Part shown: one piece after another, positions 53,399 through 64,000 of the stretch
How the letters are laid out: every line of letters starts with the position of its first letter
Position numbering within the stretch: the first letter of the stretch is position 1
Assembly (NCBI GenBank): GCA_963718665.1
Contig: OY970359.1
Location: forward strand, 1,760,001-1,824,000
DNA: 64,000 nucleotides
From: an uncultured Phycisphaerales bacterium
GTDB lineage: Bacteria; Planctomycetota; Phycisphaerae; Sedimentisphaerales; Anaerobacaceae
Direction of reading: 5' to 3'
Notes under the pieces: generated by a model
What the model was told of the DNA's origin: nothing
Seen by the model: the letters and a program-made list of their open reading frames with translations, nothing else
Databases searched by the model: none
Position numbers and translations under genes: made by a program

Positions 53399-54328
53399 TC
53401 AGGTTGATGTTGTTGCATCGTCTTTTTTGGCTAAAATCGCCATCGCTGAGCCGGTTACCAGTACCACGCCGAAGATTAATTGTGGGACACTCAATTTCTC
53501 ACTGAAAATAAAGTATGAAATAACCACTACAATAAACGGTTGCGCCAGTTGCACAAGCGAAGGCGTGGTCGAGCCAAGCCGGCGGAGCGATATGTAATAA
53601 AACACGTGGCCAAGAGCTATGCCTGTTACCCCTGAAATAATAACCGCAAACCAGCCATTAAACGTCATCTCAAGGCATTTACTCGGCTGGCCCATAAACA
53701 TTGTCAGTATGAATAACGCAATGACCGTATAAATGCTGACGACCGAAAAGCCGATTCGAGAGTCGATGCCGCGGAATGCCACCTTCACAGCAATTGCGTA
53801 AAATCCCCATATAAGGCCGTAGAGCATAACGATTGCGATGCCTATGATTGTGTATGAGCGGGTAAAGGCGGGATGAAAGAACATAACTCCCATCAGGCCG
53901 ACAAGCGACAGGATGATGCTCAGCCGGAAAAGCCGGTTACTGAGATGCTGTCTTTCGTTGGCGAAAAATATAACGGATAATATTATGACCCACAAAAACG
54001 CCGTCGTGGATAATAACGACGCGAATCCCGGGTCAATGTAGTAAAACGCCGCGGCCCAAAGGTTTTGCGTAACGATATTTGGTATGAAGGGCAGCAGGGC
54101 GCGTTTCCAGACGGCCTTTGGCAGTTGCCCTTTTTTTGCGGCGATAAGCAAAAACGGCAGCCAGAACAGGCACGCAGCACCGTAACGGAGAAGGTTTTGC
54201 GTCCACAAGTCAAGGTAGCCGGTCAGGTATTTGATGAAAAGCGGCGCGCTCGCCCAGCAGACGAGCGTTCCTATGCAGCTCAACGCGGCCAGCGAAGTAA
54301 GAAGACGTGGAGTCGATTTGTGCATCAC
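53399..54328 (-). CDS. DMT/EamA transporter
   Basis: About 10 TM in two EamA-like halves. Confidence 0.85.
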   Translation of the reverse strand: MMHKSTPRLLTSLAALSCIGTLVCWASAPLFIKYLTGYLDLWTQNLLRYGAACLFWLPFLLIAAKKGQLPKAVWKRALLPFIPNIVTQNLWAAAFYYIDPGFASLLSTTAFLWVIILSVIFFANERQHLSNRLFRLSIILSLVGLMGVMFFHPAFTRSYTIIGIAIVMLYGLIWGFYAIAVKVAFRGIDSRIGFSVVSIYTVIALFILTMFMGQPSKCLEMTFNGWFAVIISGVTGIALGHVFYYISLRRLGSTTPSLVQLAQPFIVVVISYFIFSEKLSVPQLIFGVVLVTGSAMAILAKKDDATTST

Positions 54329-54333
54329 GGTAA

Positions 54334-54966
54334 TCAGCTTAAAAAGGGGTTGTCGGCCTTTTCTCGACCGATTGTAGTTTCGGGGCCGTGACCCGGATAA
54401 GCAATCGTGTCCTCCGGCAGCGCGAACAGTTTGTGCTTGATGCCTTTTATTAGTTGTCGCATATTGCCGTTGGGGAAATCGGTCCTGCCTATAGAGCCGG
54501 CAAACAAGGTATCGCCAACGAAGATGATGCCGTCTTTTTCAGAATAAAGACAGATGCCGCCTGGTGTATGGCCGGGCGTGTGAATGACCCGCAACTGGAT
54601 GCCTGCCTTGTCGATTGTATCCCCTTCGTCAATAATTCGGTCAGCTTTGCTGGCGGTTAAGGAAGAGCCGGTCATAATCGACAAATTTGCTGCCGCGTCG
54701 GTCAGCATTTCAGCATCGAGCTTGTGGATATAAATCAAAATCGACGGGTATTTTTTCCGCAGCATTTCAACGCCTGCGATGTGGTCAATGTGCCCGTGTG
54801 TGAAAATCACCGCGGCCGGCGTCAGCTTACCGTGTTCGAGAAATTTAAGCAGCGGCTGCACATCCAGTCCCGTGTCGATAATAAGACAGTCGGTCGCCTC
54901 ATCGCTGCTTCTGGCGATATAGCAGTTGTTCTCGAATTCTCCAAGCACCAGCCGGTCAACTTTCAT
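54334..54966 (-). CDS. MBL-fold metallo-hydrolase (glyoxalase II-like)
   Basis: THGHIDH, TPGHTPG, GDTLF and PGHG. Confidence 0.92.
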   Translation of the reverse strand: MKVDRLVLGEFENNCYIARSSDEATDCLIIDTGLDVQPLLKFLEHGKLTPAAVIFTHGHIDHIAGVEMLRKKYPSILIYIHKLDAEMLTDAAANLSIMTGSSLTASKADRIIDEGDTIDKAGIQLRVIHTPGHTPGGICLYSEKDGIIFVGDTLFAGSIGRTDFPNGNMRQLIKGIKHKLFALPEDTIAYPGHGPETTIGREKADNPFLS

Positions 54967-55039
54967 TCGTCTTATCCTTAAATAACTCGACAGGATAACA
55001 GCCGCAGTTGTGGCAGTCAATCTCGACCTGTGAGTAAGG

Positions 55040-55121
55040 ATGATTGATAATTGATGATTGATTATTCGCCAATGGCAGCTACAATAACCAATTGTCAATT
55101 ATCAATAATCAATTATCAATC
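55040..55121. repeat. Inverted pair of heptamer tandem arrays
   Basis: ATGATTG/ATAATTG run, then the complementary CAATTAT/CAATAAT run. Confidence 0.75.
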
Positions 55122-55139
55122 TTAGTTGAGAGGCGTTAA

Positions 55140-57272
55140 GTGAAAGAGTTTTCCCGCGTATTCAAGTATATATGGCCGCAGTGGCCGCGAATAGTTGTTG
55201 TCGTGATGAGCGCGATAATTGTTTCCGCACTTTTATCGGGGAGTTTTTTGGCTGTTATTCCTCTGCTGAAGGTAGTGATAGGACAGGAAGGATTGCGCGG
55301 CTGGTCGGACAGAAAAGTATGCCAGTTGCGGTATGGCATAGATTTTTACATTCCGGAAAGCGTAGATTTTTCGGGGAGTAAAAGCGGCGATTACGCGAAT
55401 TCGCTTCTTGTTGTTTCGGTCAAGAAGAAGAGTTCGGCGAAGGATGCGGGGCTGATTGGCGGCGACTGGGTTGTCGCGACGGGTGAGGAGCCGAAGCCTG
55501 GGGCGGTAAGTTATACTGATTTGCTCGAAGAAGTCGCAACGGCTGGCAAAGAAGGGATTACACTGCATATCAAGAGGGGCAATGAGGAAAAGCTTTTACG
55601 CCTTGCAGACGCGCGTAATAACGGATTGAAGGGGGGGGTGATTAATCTTGCGCGGCGAGCGCTGGATTTTGTGCCGAGGGGACAGACGGAGGCGAGCAAA
55701 ACAAAGGCAGTTGTTTTTATAATGCTCGTAGTAACTATTCTTACGGTTATTCGATGTGTGGCGAGATATTACCAGCAGTACATCGCGGAAAAAGTGGTTC
55801 AGGTCGGGTTAAATCGTTTGCGAGAAGATGCCTTTGCGCACGTCATAAATATGCCGATTGCTTTTTTTGCCAAAGAAAGGCCAAGCGATTCGGTAAGCCG
55901 GCTTATTCGCGATACAGGCGCTATGGGCAACGGCATCAAGATTCTGTTAGGCAAGGCGTTGCAGGAACCGTTGAACACGCTGTTTCTGGTTGGACTGGCG
56001 GCGGTGCTGGACTGGCAGTTGACGCTGATATTTTTGGGCGGGGCGCCGCCGACGCTGTGGATGATTGTTGTCCTGGGCAAAAAAATGAAGAAGGCCTCGA
56101 AAAAATCCCTGATGGCCTGGTCGCAAATGCTGGCTAAATTGCAGGAAACAATGAACGGGCTTAAGGTTGTCAAGGTTTACAACCAGCAGAAATACGAAGA
56201 GGACGCATTCAGGAGCATCAACGCGAGATTGCTGAAACAGTTATTAAAGATTTCGCGGACCGACGCGGCGACCTCGCCAATACTGGAAGTTCTTGGAATG
56301 TTGGCCATCGCGGTTGCTATAGTGGTCGGGGCAAGCTGGGTCACAAGCAAGAAGATGGATGGCACCGAATTTATGCTGCTTTTGGGGCTTTTGGGTGCTG
56401 CTGCTGCTGCTGCGCGAAGAACGAGCGACGTTTGGAACAAAATTCAGGAGGCCAACGCCGCTGCGGAAAGAGTTTTCGGGATGATGGATGGGCCGCTTGA
56501 ACCCCAGCACGCGAATGCGGCTGAATTATCGACGCTGAAAACAAAGCTGGAATTCAGGGACATTGTTTTCACTTACCCCGGCGCGGAGATGCCCGCGTTG
56601 AACGGTATCAACCTGACTGTAATGGCGGGGCACAGGGTGGCAATCGTGGGACCTAACGGTTCAGGAAAAACAACGCTGGCAAACCTGATACCGAGGTTTT
56701 ACGACCCCGACAGAGGACAGATTCTGATAGACGGTAAAGACATCCGCGAGGTGACTTTGCAAAGTTTGCGGGGCCATATTGCGATGGTTACGCAAAACGT
56801 CGTAACTTTCAATGATACGATTGCGGCCAATATCGGCTACGGCAAACCCGGCGCGAGCAGAGAAGAGATTATTCTGGCCGCCAAACGCGCCTTTGCGCAC
56901 GAATTTATCGAGCCGTTGCCGAATGGTTATGACACAATTATCGGCGAACAGGGTTCAGGCCTGTCCGGTGGGCAGTTGCAGAGGATTGTCATCGCAAGGG
57001 CGATTCTGAGAAACCCGGCGATTCTGATTTTTGACGAGGCGACCAGCCAGGTTGACGCCGACAGCGAAGCGAAGATTCACAGGGCCATCGAAGAAATTAT
57101 GCACGACAGAACCAGCATCGTTATCGCGCACAGGTTCAGCACGATAGTCGCCGCCGACGTAATAGTCGTTATGAATAACGGCCGGATTATCGCGCAGGGC
57201 CAGCACGAAGAGCTGATGCGGACCTGCCGGCTTTATCAAAGCTTGTATGAAACACAGATTGCAAAAGCATAA
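55140..57272 (+). CDS. MsbA-like ABC exporter (TMD plus NBD) with a PDZ-like insertion
   Basis: GPNGSGKT, LSGGQ and DEATS; V.SV.K.S.A.DAGL..GD.V PDZ-like segment between TM1 and TM2. Confidence 0.9.
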   Translation: MKEFSRVFKYIWPQWPRIVVVVMSAIIVSALLSGSFLAVIPLLKVVIGQEGLRGWSDRKVCQLRYGIDFYIPESVDFSGSKSGDYANSLLVVSVKKKSSAKDAGLIGGDWVVATGEEPKPGAVSYTDLLEEVATAGKEGITLHIKRGNEEKLLRLADARNNGLKGGVINLARRALDFVPRGQTEASKTKAVVFIMLVVTILTVIRCVARYYQQYIAEKVVQVGLNRLREDAFAHVINMPIAFFAKERPSDSVSRLIRDTGAMGNGIKILLGKALQEPLNTLFLVGLAAVLDWQLTLIFLGGAPPTLWMIVVLGKKMKKASKKSLMAWSQMLAKLQETMNGLKVVKVYNQQKYEEDAFRSINARLLKQLLKISRTDAATSPILEVLGMLAIAVAIVVGASWVTSKKMDGTEFMLLLGLLGAAAAAARRTSDVWNKIQEANAAAERVFGMMDGPLEPQHANAAELSTLKTKLEFRDIVFTYPGAEMPALNGINLTVMAGHRVAIVGPNGSGKTTLANLIPRFYDPDRGQILIDGKDIREVTLQSLRGHIAMVTQNVVTFNDTIAANIGYGKPGASREEIILAAKRAFAHEFIEPLPNGYDTIIGEQGSGLSGGQLQRIVIARAILRNPAILIFDEATSQVDADSEAKIHRAIEEIMHDRTSIVIAHRFSTIVAADVIVVMNNGRIIAQGQHEELMRTCRLYQSLYETQIAKA

Positions 57273-57338
57273 TTGAGAATTTAGAATTAAGAGTTCAGAA
57301 TCGATTATACGCCGTTTGTTTTTGAAGTGGTGATAATT

Positions 57339-58298
57339 ATGATAGACCTTAAAAGACAAAAAAAGGCGCACGGGCTTTTCAAACGCTACGAAGGTAATCC
57401 CATATTAACGACGCACAACTGGCCTTATGCCGTCAACGCCGTTTTTAACCCCGCCTCTGTAAGAATCAACGATGAAACATTTTTACTGGTTCGATGCGAG
57501 GATATGCGGGGCTTTTCGCACCTCACTGTCGCCCGGAGCCGGGACGGCCTGACCGGCTGGAAGATAGACCCTGCCCCAACGTTCGAAGCGGAACACGATT
57601 CGCGGGAAGAAAAATGGGGGGTCGAAGACCCGCGTATCATCTGGCTTGAGGAACAAAAACAATACGCGATTACATATACCTCTTTCAGCGAGGGTGGCCC
57701 CGTCGTTTCTCTTGCCATTACCAAAAATTTCAAGAGTTTTGCCCGCTTAGGCGTGCTGCTTCCGCCCGAAGACAAGGACGCCTGTCTTTTTCCGCGAAGA
57801 TTCAAAGGCCGGTTCGCGCTGATTCACCGCCCGATTGTCCGCGGCGAGGCGCACATGTGGATTAGTTTCTCGCCAGACCTCAAACACTGGGGCGACCACC
57901 GCGTCTTGATTATGACCCGCTCTGCCTACTGGGATTGCCATCGCGTGGGGCTTGGCTGCCAGCCGATTGAAACCGAACAGGGCTGGCTGATTTTCTACCA
58001 CGGCGTGCGTATGACCGCCGCCGGTGCAGTTTACCGCGTCGGCCTTGCGCTGCTCGACCTGCACGAACCATGGAAGGTACTTCGCAGGAGCGATGAATGG
58101 GTTCTTGGCCCGCAGGAGATGTACGAAAGGGTGGGCGACGTGGGCGACGTCGTGTTCCCCACCGGTGCGGTCGTCGATAAAAAGGCCAAAGAGCTTTACC
58201 TTTATTACGGCGCCGCCGACTGTTCGGTTGCTGTCGCAATCGCAAATCTCGACGATATTATGGATTACGTGATGACCTGCCCCGAAGGCGAAAGTTGA
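57339..58298 (+). CDS. GH130 glycosidase/phosphorylase
   Basis: AVFNPA, GVEDPR, DKDA.LFP, HRP and YYGAAD. Confidence 0.9.
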   Translation: MIDLKRQKKAHGLFKRYEGNPILTTHNWPYAVNAVFNPASVRINDETFLLVRCEDMRGFSHLTVARSRDGLTGWKIDPAPTFEAEHDSREEKWGVEDPRIIWLEEQKQYAITYTSFSEGGPVVSLAITKNFKSFARLGVLLPPEDKDACLFPRRFKGRFALIHRPIVRGEAHMWISFSPDLKHWGDHRVLIMTRSAYWDCHRVGLGCQPIETEQGWLIFYHGVRMTAAGAVYRVGLALLDLHEPWKVLRRSDEWVLGPQEMYERVGDVGDVVFPTGAVVDKKAKELYLYYGAADCSVAVAIANLDDIMDYVMTCPEGES

Positions 58299-58446
58299 TA
58301 AACGGTTTCACTGAATATAGAAAGCCGAATACCCCTTTCACGCAAGAGTTGCCGGATAAACTTGAAAGTGGTAGAATTGTGCGGAAGCGTTGGGCCAAAG
58401 AAAGTTTGGAATAATAATAATTGGATTTTGAATAAAGGGGGCTATT

Positions 58447-59628
58447 GTGAACTGGTTGAGATTGATAACTGTTCAGATTGTTCTGCTTTCGGCGGTGAGC
58501 TGCTTTGCGGCGGAGCCGAATGCGCAAAACGAGCAGGAAAAAAAAGTCGTTTCACATGAAACCGCGCAAAACTGGATACAGGTCGGTATTCTGCAATCCC
58601 AAAAAGGCCTCTATGAGCAGGCGGAAAAATCGTTTCTTGCGGCGAAGGAATATCAGGAGTATCTGACCGCTGAAGAGCAAAAACAGCTCGAAAAGCAAAT
58701 CGCGGAGACAAATCAGGCCATTATAGAAAGACAGCCCGTTCTTGAGCATATCAAAAAAGCACAAGAGCTTCTCAGTCAGGGGCAGCCGGTCAAAGCGAGG
58801 GCGCATTATGAAAAGATTCGCAAAAGCCCTTATCTTACCGAGCAGGAACGCAAACAAATCGAGCAGGAGATTGAGAACGTAGATAGTAATGTTGACAAGC
58901 AGAGGAAGGAAATCACCGAGATTTACAATCGCAGCGTGCAGCTTTACCGTGCCGGCGAGATAGAGAAGGCCAGGGATGGCTTTGTGGAAGTTGCCAAATA
59001 TGGCATGCTTGTTGTTCCTAAAGGCCAGACAGCAGAAGATTATCTGATTCAAATAGACAGCGTACTTACCGAAAAGCTTAAAGGTCAGCCGGACGCAAAC
59101 GCCTCGCTGCCGCCTGTCACATTGCCGCCTGCCGCATTGCCGTCGGCGAAGGAAGAGTCGAACCACAAGAACGCCGGTCAGCCCATACCATCTGAAGCCG
59201 AGGTGACGCTTTTGAAGCCCGGGAATGATAAAACTGCCTTCGAAAAACAGGATGATAAGTCCTCGCGGGCGAATCAGGCACAACAAGAGTCAGCAGAAGT
59301 GGCTGCGACAGCCGAACCGCAGGCAGAGCCGTCTCACGCCGACGAACAAAAAGTTGCGACTGAGAACGAAGCCAAAGCCGTACCAGATAAAGATGCGAGA
59401 GCGAAAATTGTGAAAACTTATACGAAAGTGGTCGTCGATGACGCCGCAAAAAATGTGGAATACTATATCGGCACCGGCGAATTCGATAGGGCCATCGCGA
59501 AAGTTCGCACGGCAACGGATGTTGTTAAGGAGAACCGGCCTTTAATCGGGGATGAGTTGTTTACCCAGTACAGTATCCGTCTCAAGCAGCTTGCCGACAA
59601 TATTATCCACGCCAAAAAGACATCGTGA
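58447..59628 (+). CDS. Exported TPR-like helical protein, paralog of the downstream secretin N-terminus
   Basis: Signal peptide; two segments align by eye with the protein at 60015. Confidence 0.75.
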   Translation: MNWLRLITVQIVLLSAVSCFAAEPNAQNEQEKKVVSHETAQNWIQVGILQSQKGLYEQAEKSFLAAKEYQEYLTAEEQKQLEKQIAETNQAIIERQPVLEHIKKAQELLSQGQPVKARAHYEKIRKSPYLTEQERKQIEQEIENVDSNVDKQRKEITEIYNRSVQLYRAGEIEKARDGFVEVAKYGMLVVPKGQTAEDYLIQIDSVLTEKLKGQPDANASLPPVTLPPAALPSAKEESNHKNAGQPIPSEAEVTLLKPGNDKTAFEKQDDKSSRANQAQQESAEVAATAEPQAEPSHADEQKVATENEAKAVPDKDARAKIVKTYTKVVVDDAAKNVEYYIGTGEFDRAIAKVRTATDVVKENRPLIGDELFTQYSIRLKQLADNIIHAKKTS

Positions 59629-60014
59629 TAGACAAGGGTGAGAAGTCACTGCTTTTGCCGGGTTTTATAGGTTGGCCATCCCTGCGCCAAACAGCCAACA
59701 AAACGACAAAGCCCCTATTTTGACATATTATCTACTTGTAAATTTTTCCCAATTTTGCTATATTTCTTGAATTAACATTATGGTGATAATGCTTGATTTT
59801 GGCATTGAAGTATGCGACAATATAGGACTTTGGACAATTAAATAGCGTTGAAGTCGTGTGGTAAACGCCATAAACGATTTTTTTCTTGCAAAAAGGGGCG
59901 TTTTCGGATAAACTCAGTATCAGAGGTATAACCTTTCCTGAAGCGGCGGGGTATACGGTAATTTTATGAAGCAGATATTCCTGTGAAAACCAGTTTTTTG
60001 GAGGAGGTTCAGCT

Positions 60015-62888
<2,874 letters not shown>

Positions 62889-63022
62889 GGGGTCCATTAA
62901 AAAAACTGTTCACATACGCAGAAAAAGTGTAACGAATTACCAGGAATGTGGACTTCAATAATGGCTGGACCTGGTGGGCAGCCAGAAATTGGTGGCTCGA
63001 AATCGCGAGGAGCTTGGTGAAT

Positions 63023-64000
63023 ATGAATCGTCAGATACTGATTGGCTTAGTGGCCTTATTGGCCGTAAATTCTTTATTGTTGGCTGGGCAGCCCGCTTAT
63101 AAACCCGGCGTCGTTCTCGTGCGTTTCGCAAATGAGCCGAATACGACGGCCAAAAGCGCCATATTAAATTCAGCTCTGGGCAGGGGCTTTTCCGTCAAGC
63201 GGGAATATACGCTCGTAAAGGGCTTGACGCAGGTTTCGCTGCCGGCGGGCGTGTCCGTCGAAAACGCCATGGCTTCTCTAAAAAAATCATCATCCGTTAT
63301 GTATGCCGCACCGGATTATGTATCACACGTTTTCGTCATTCCAAATGATACAAATTTCGGCGCATTGTGGGGGATGTACAACACGGGTCAATCCGGCGGA
63401 ACACCGGGCGCCGACATCAGCGCTACTAAGGCGTGGGATATCGCCACCGGCTCCAGCAGCATTATCGTCGCCGTTACCGACACGGGCGTCGATTATACTC
63501 ACCAGGACCTCGCGGCCAATATGTGGAAAGACCCCAACGGCCATTTCGGGTATGACTTCGTTAACAACGACAGCGACCCAATGGATGATGAGGGTCACGG
63601 CACTCACGTTTCCGGCACTATTGGCGCGGTTGGCAATAACGCCATAGGTGTTACAGGCGTATGCTGGCACGTCAAGATTATGGCGGTAAAAATCTTGGAC
63701 GCCAATGGCAATGGCACTACATCAGATTCTATATCTGGCATTGAGTATGCCGTATCAAATGGCGCCAGGGTAATTAACGCCTCCTGGGGGTACCCTCCGG
63801 GGGTGCCGATTAGTTATTTGCAAACTCTTTATGATGCGATTGCTGCTGCGCAAAGCTCCGGCGTGATTTTTGTAGCCGCAGCGGGCAATAACATCAACAA
63901 TAATAACGATGCATCGCCGGTATATCCTGCAAGTTTTGACCTCGGTAATATCATCTCGGTAATGGCCACGACTAACACCGATACTCAAGCGTACTATTCA
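63023..64000 (+). CDS. Secreted S8 subtilisin-like serine protease (partial, runs off the window end)
   Basis: Read directly from the sequence: signal peptide, propeptide, VAVTDTGVD, GHGTHVSGTIG and AAAGN. Confidence 0.92.
   Translation, partial: MNRQILIGLVALLAVNSLLLAGQPAYKPGVVLVRFANEPNTTAKSAILNSALGRGFSVKREYTLVKGLTQVSLPAGVSVENAMASLKKSSSVMYAAPDYVSHVFVIPNDTNFGALWGMYNTGQSGGTPGADISATKAWDIATGSSSIIVAVTDTGVDYTHQDLAANMWKDPNGHFGYDFVNNDSDPMDDEGHGTHVSGTIGAVGNNAIGVTGVCWHVKIMAVKILDANGNGTTSDSISGIEYAVSNGARVINASWGYPPGVPISYLQTLYDAIAAAQSSGVIFVAAAGNNINNNNDASPVYPASFDLGNIISVMATTNTDTQAYYS

Noticed and set aside
58552..59286. 244-aa minus-strand ORF
   Set aside because: Antisense shadow of the exported helical protein
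63303..63988. Short ORFs listed at the window end
   Set aside because: They overlap the real S8 protease frame starting at 63023, which the ORF track omitted because it has no stop in the window

Overview
Bacterial chromosomal window, probably from an anaerobic planctomycete (Phycisphaerae/Sedimentisphaerales-like). This is inferred from dockerin-like C-termini, a PEP-CTERM tail, BamD/LptE, PFOR and a Sua5-YwlE fusion. It holds the end of a kdp operon whose two sensor genes both lack kinase domains, eno plus an FtsB-like gene, a beta-mannan/glucan phosphorolysis cluster (2 GPH transporters, GH130, GH94), psd-pssA, secreted dockerin-bearing S8/GH113/GH5 enzymes, bamD-lptE-ftsH-dsbD-nth-LOG, nifJ, purQ, lepA, hemW, rny-ymdB, a PDZ-containing ABC exporter and a secretin locus. 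The best candidate for a new system is an AT-rich operon at 36393-40380: GNAT, an S-4TM-like membrane effector with a kinase-fold phosphotransferase (split at CTT-TGA), an HD phosphohydrolase and a P-loop nucleotide kinase. It looks like a cyclase-less nucleotide-signalling defence module. Other leads are a candidate orphan sRNA, a structured rny leader, REP-like elements inserted in frame in genes, heptamer repeats and a stand-alone paralog of the secretin N-terminus. No tRNA, rRNA, CRISPR array or transposase was recognised. All family calls are by motif recognition, not database searches.
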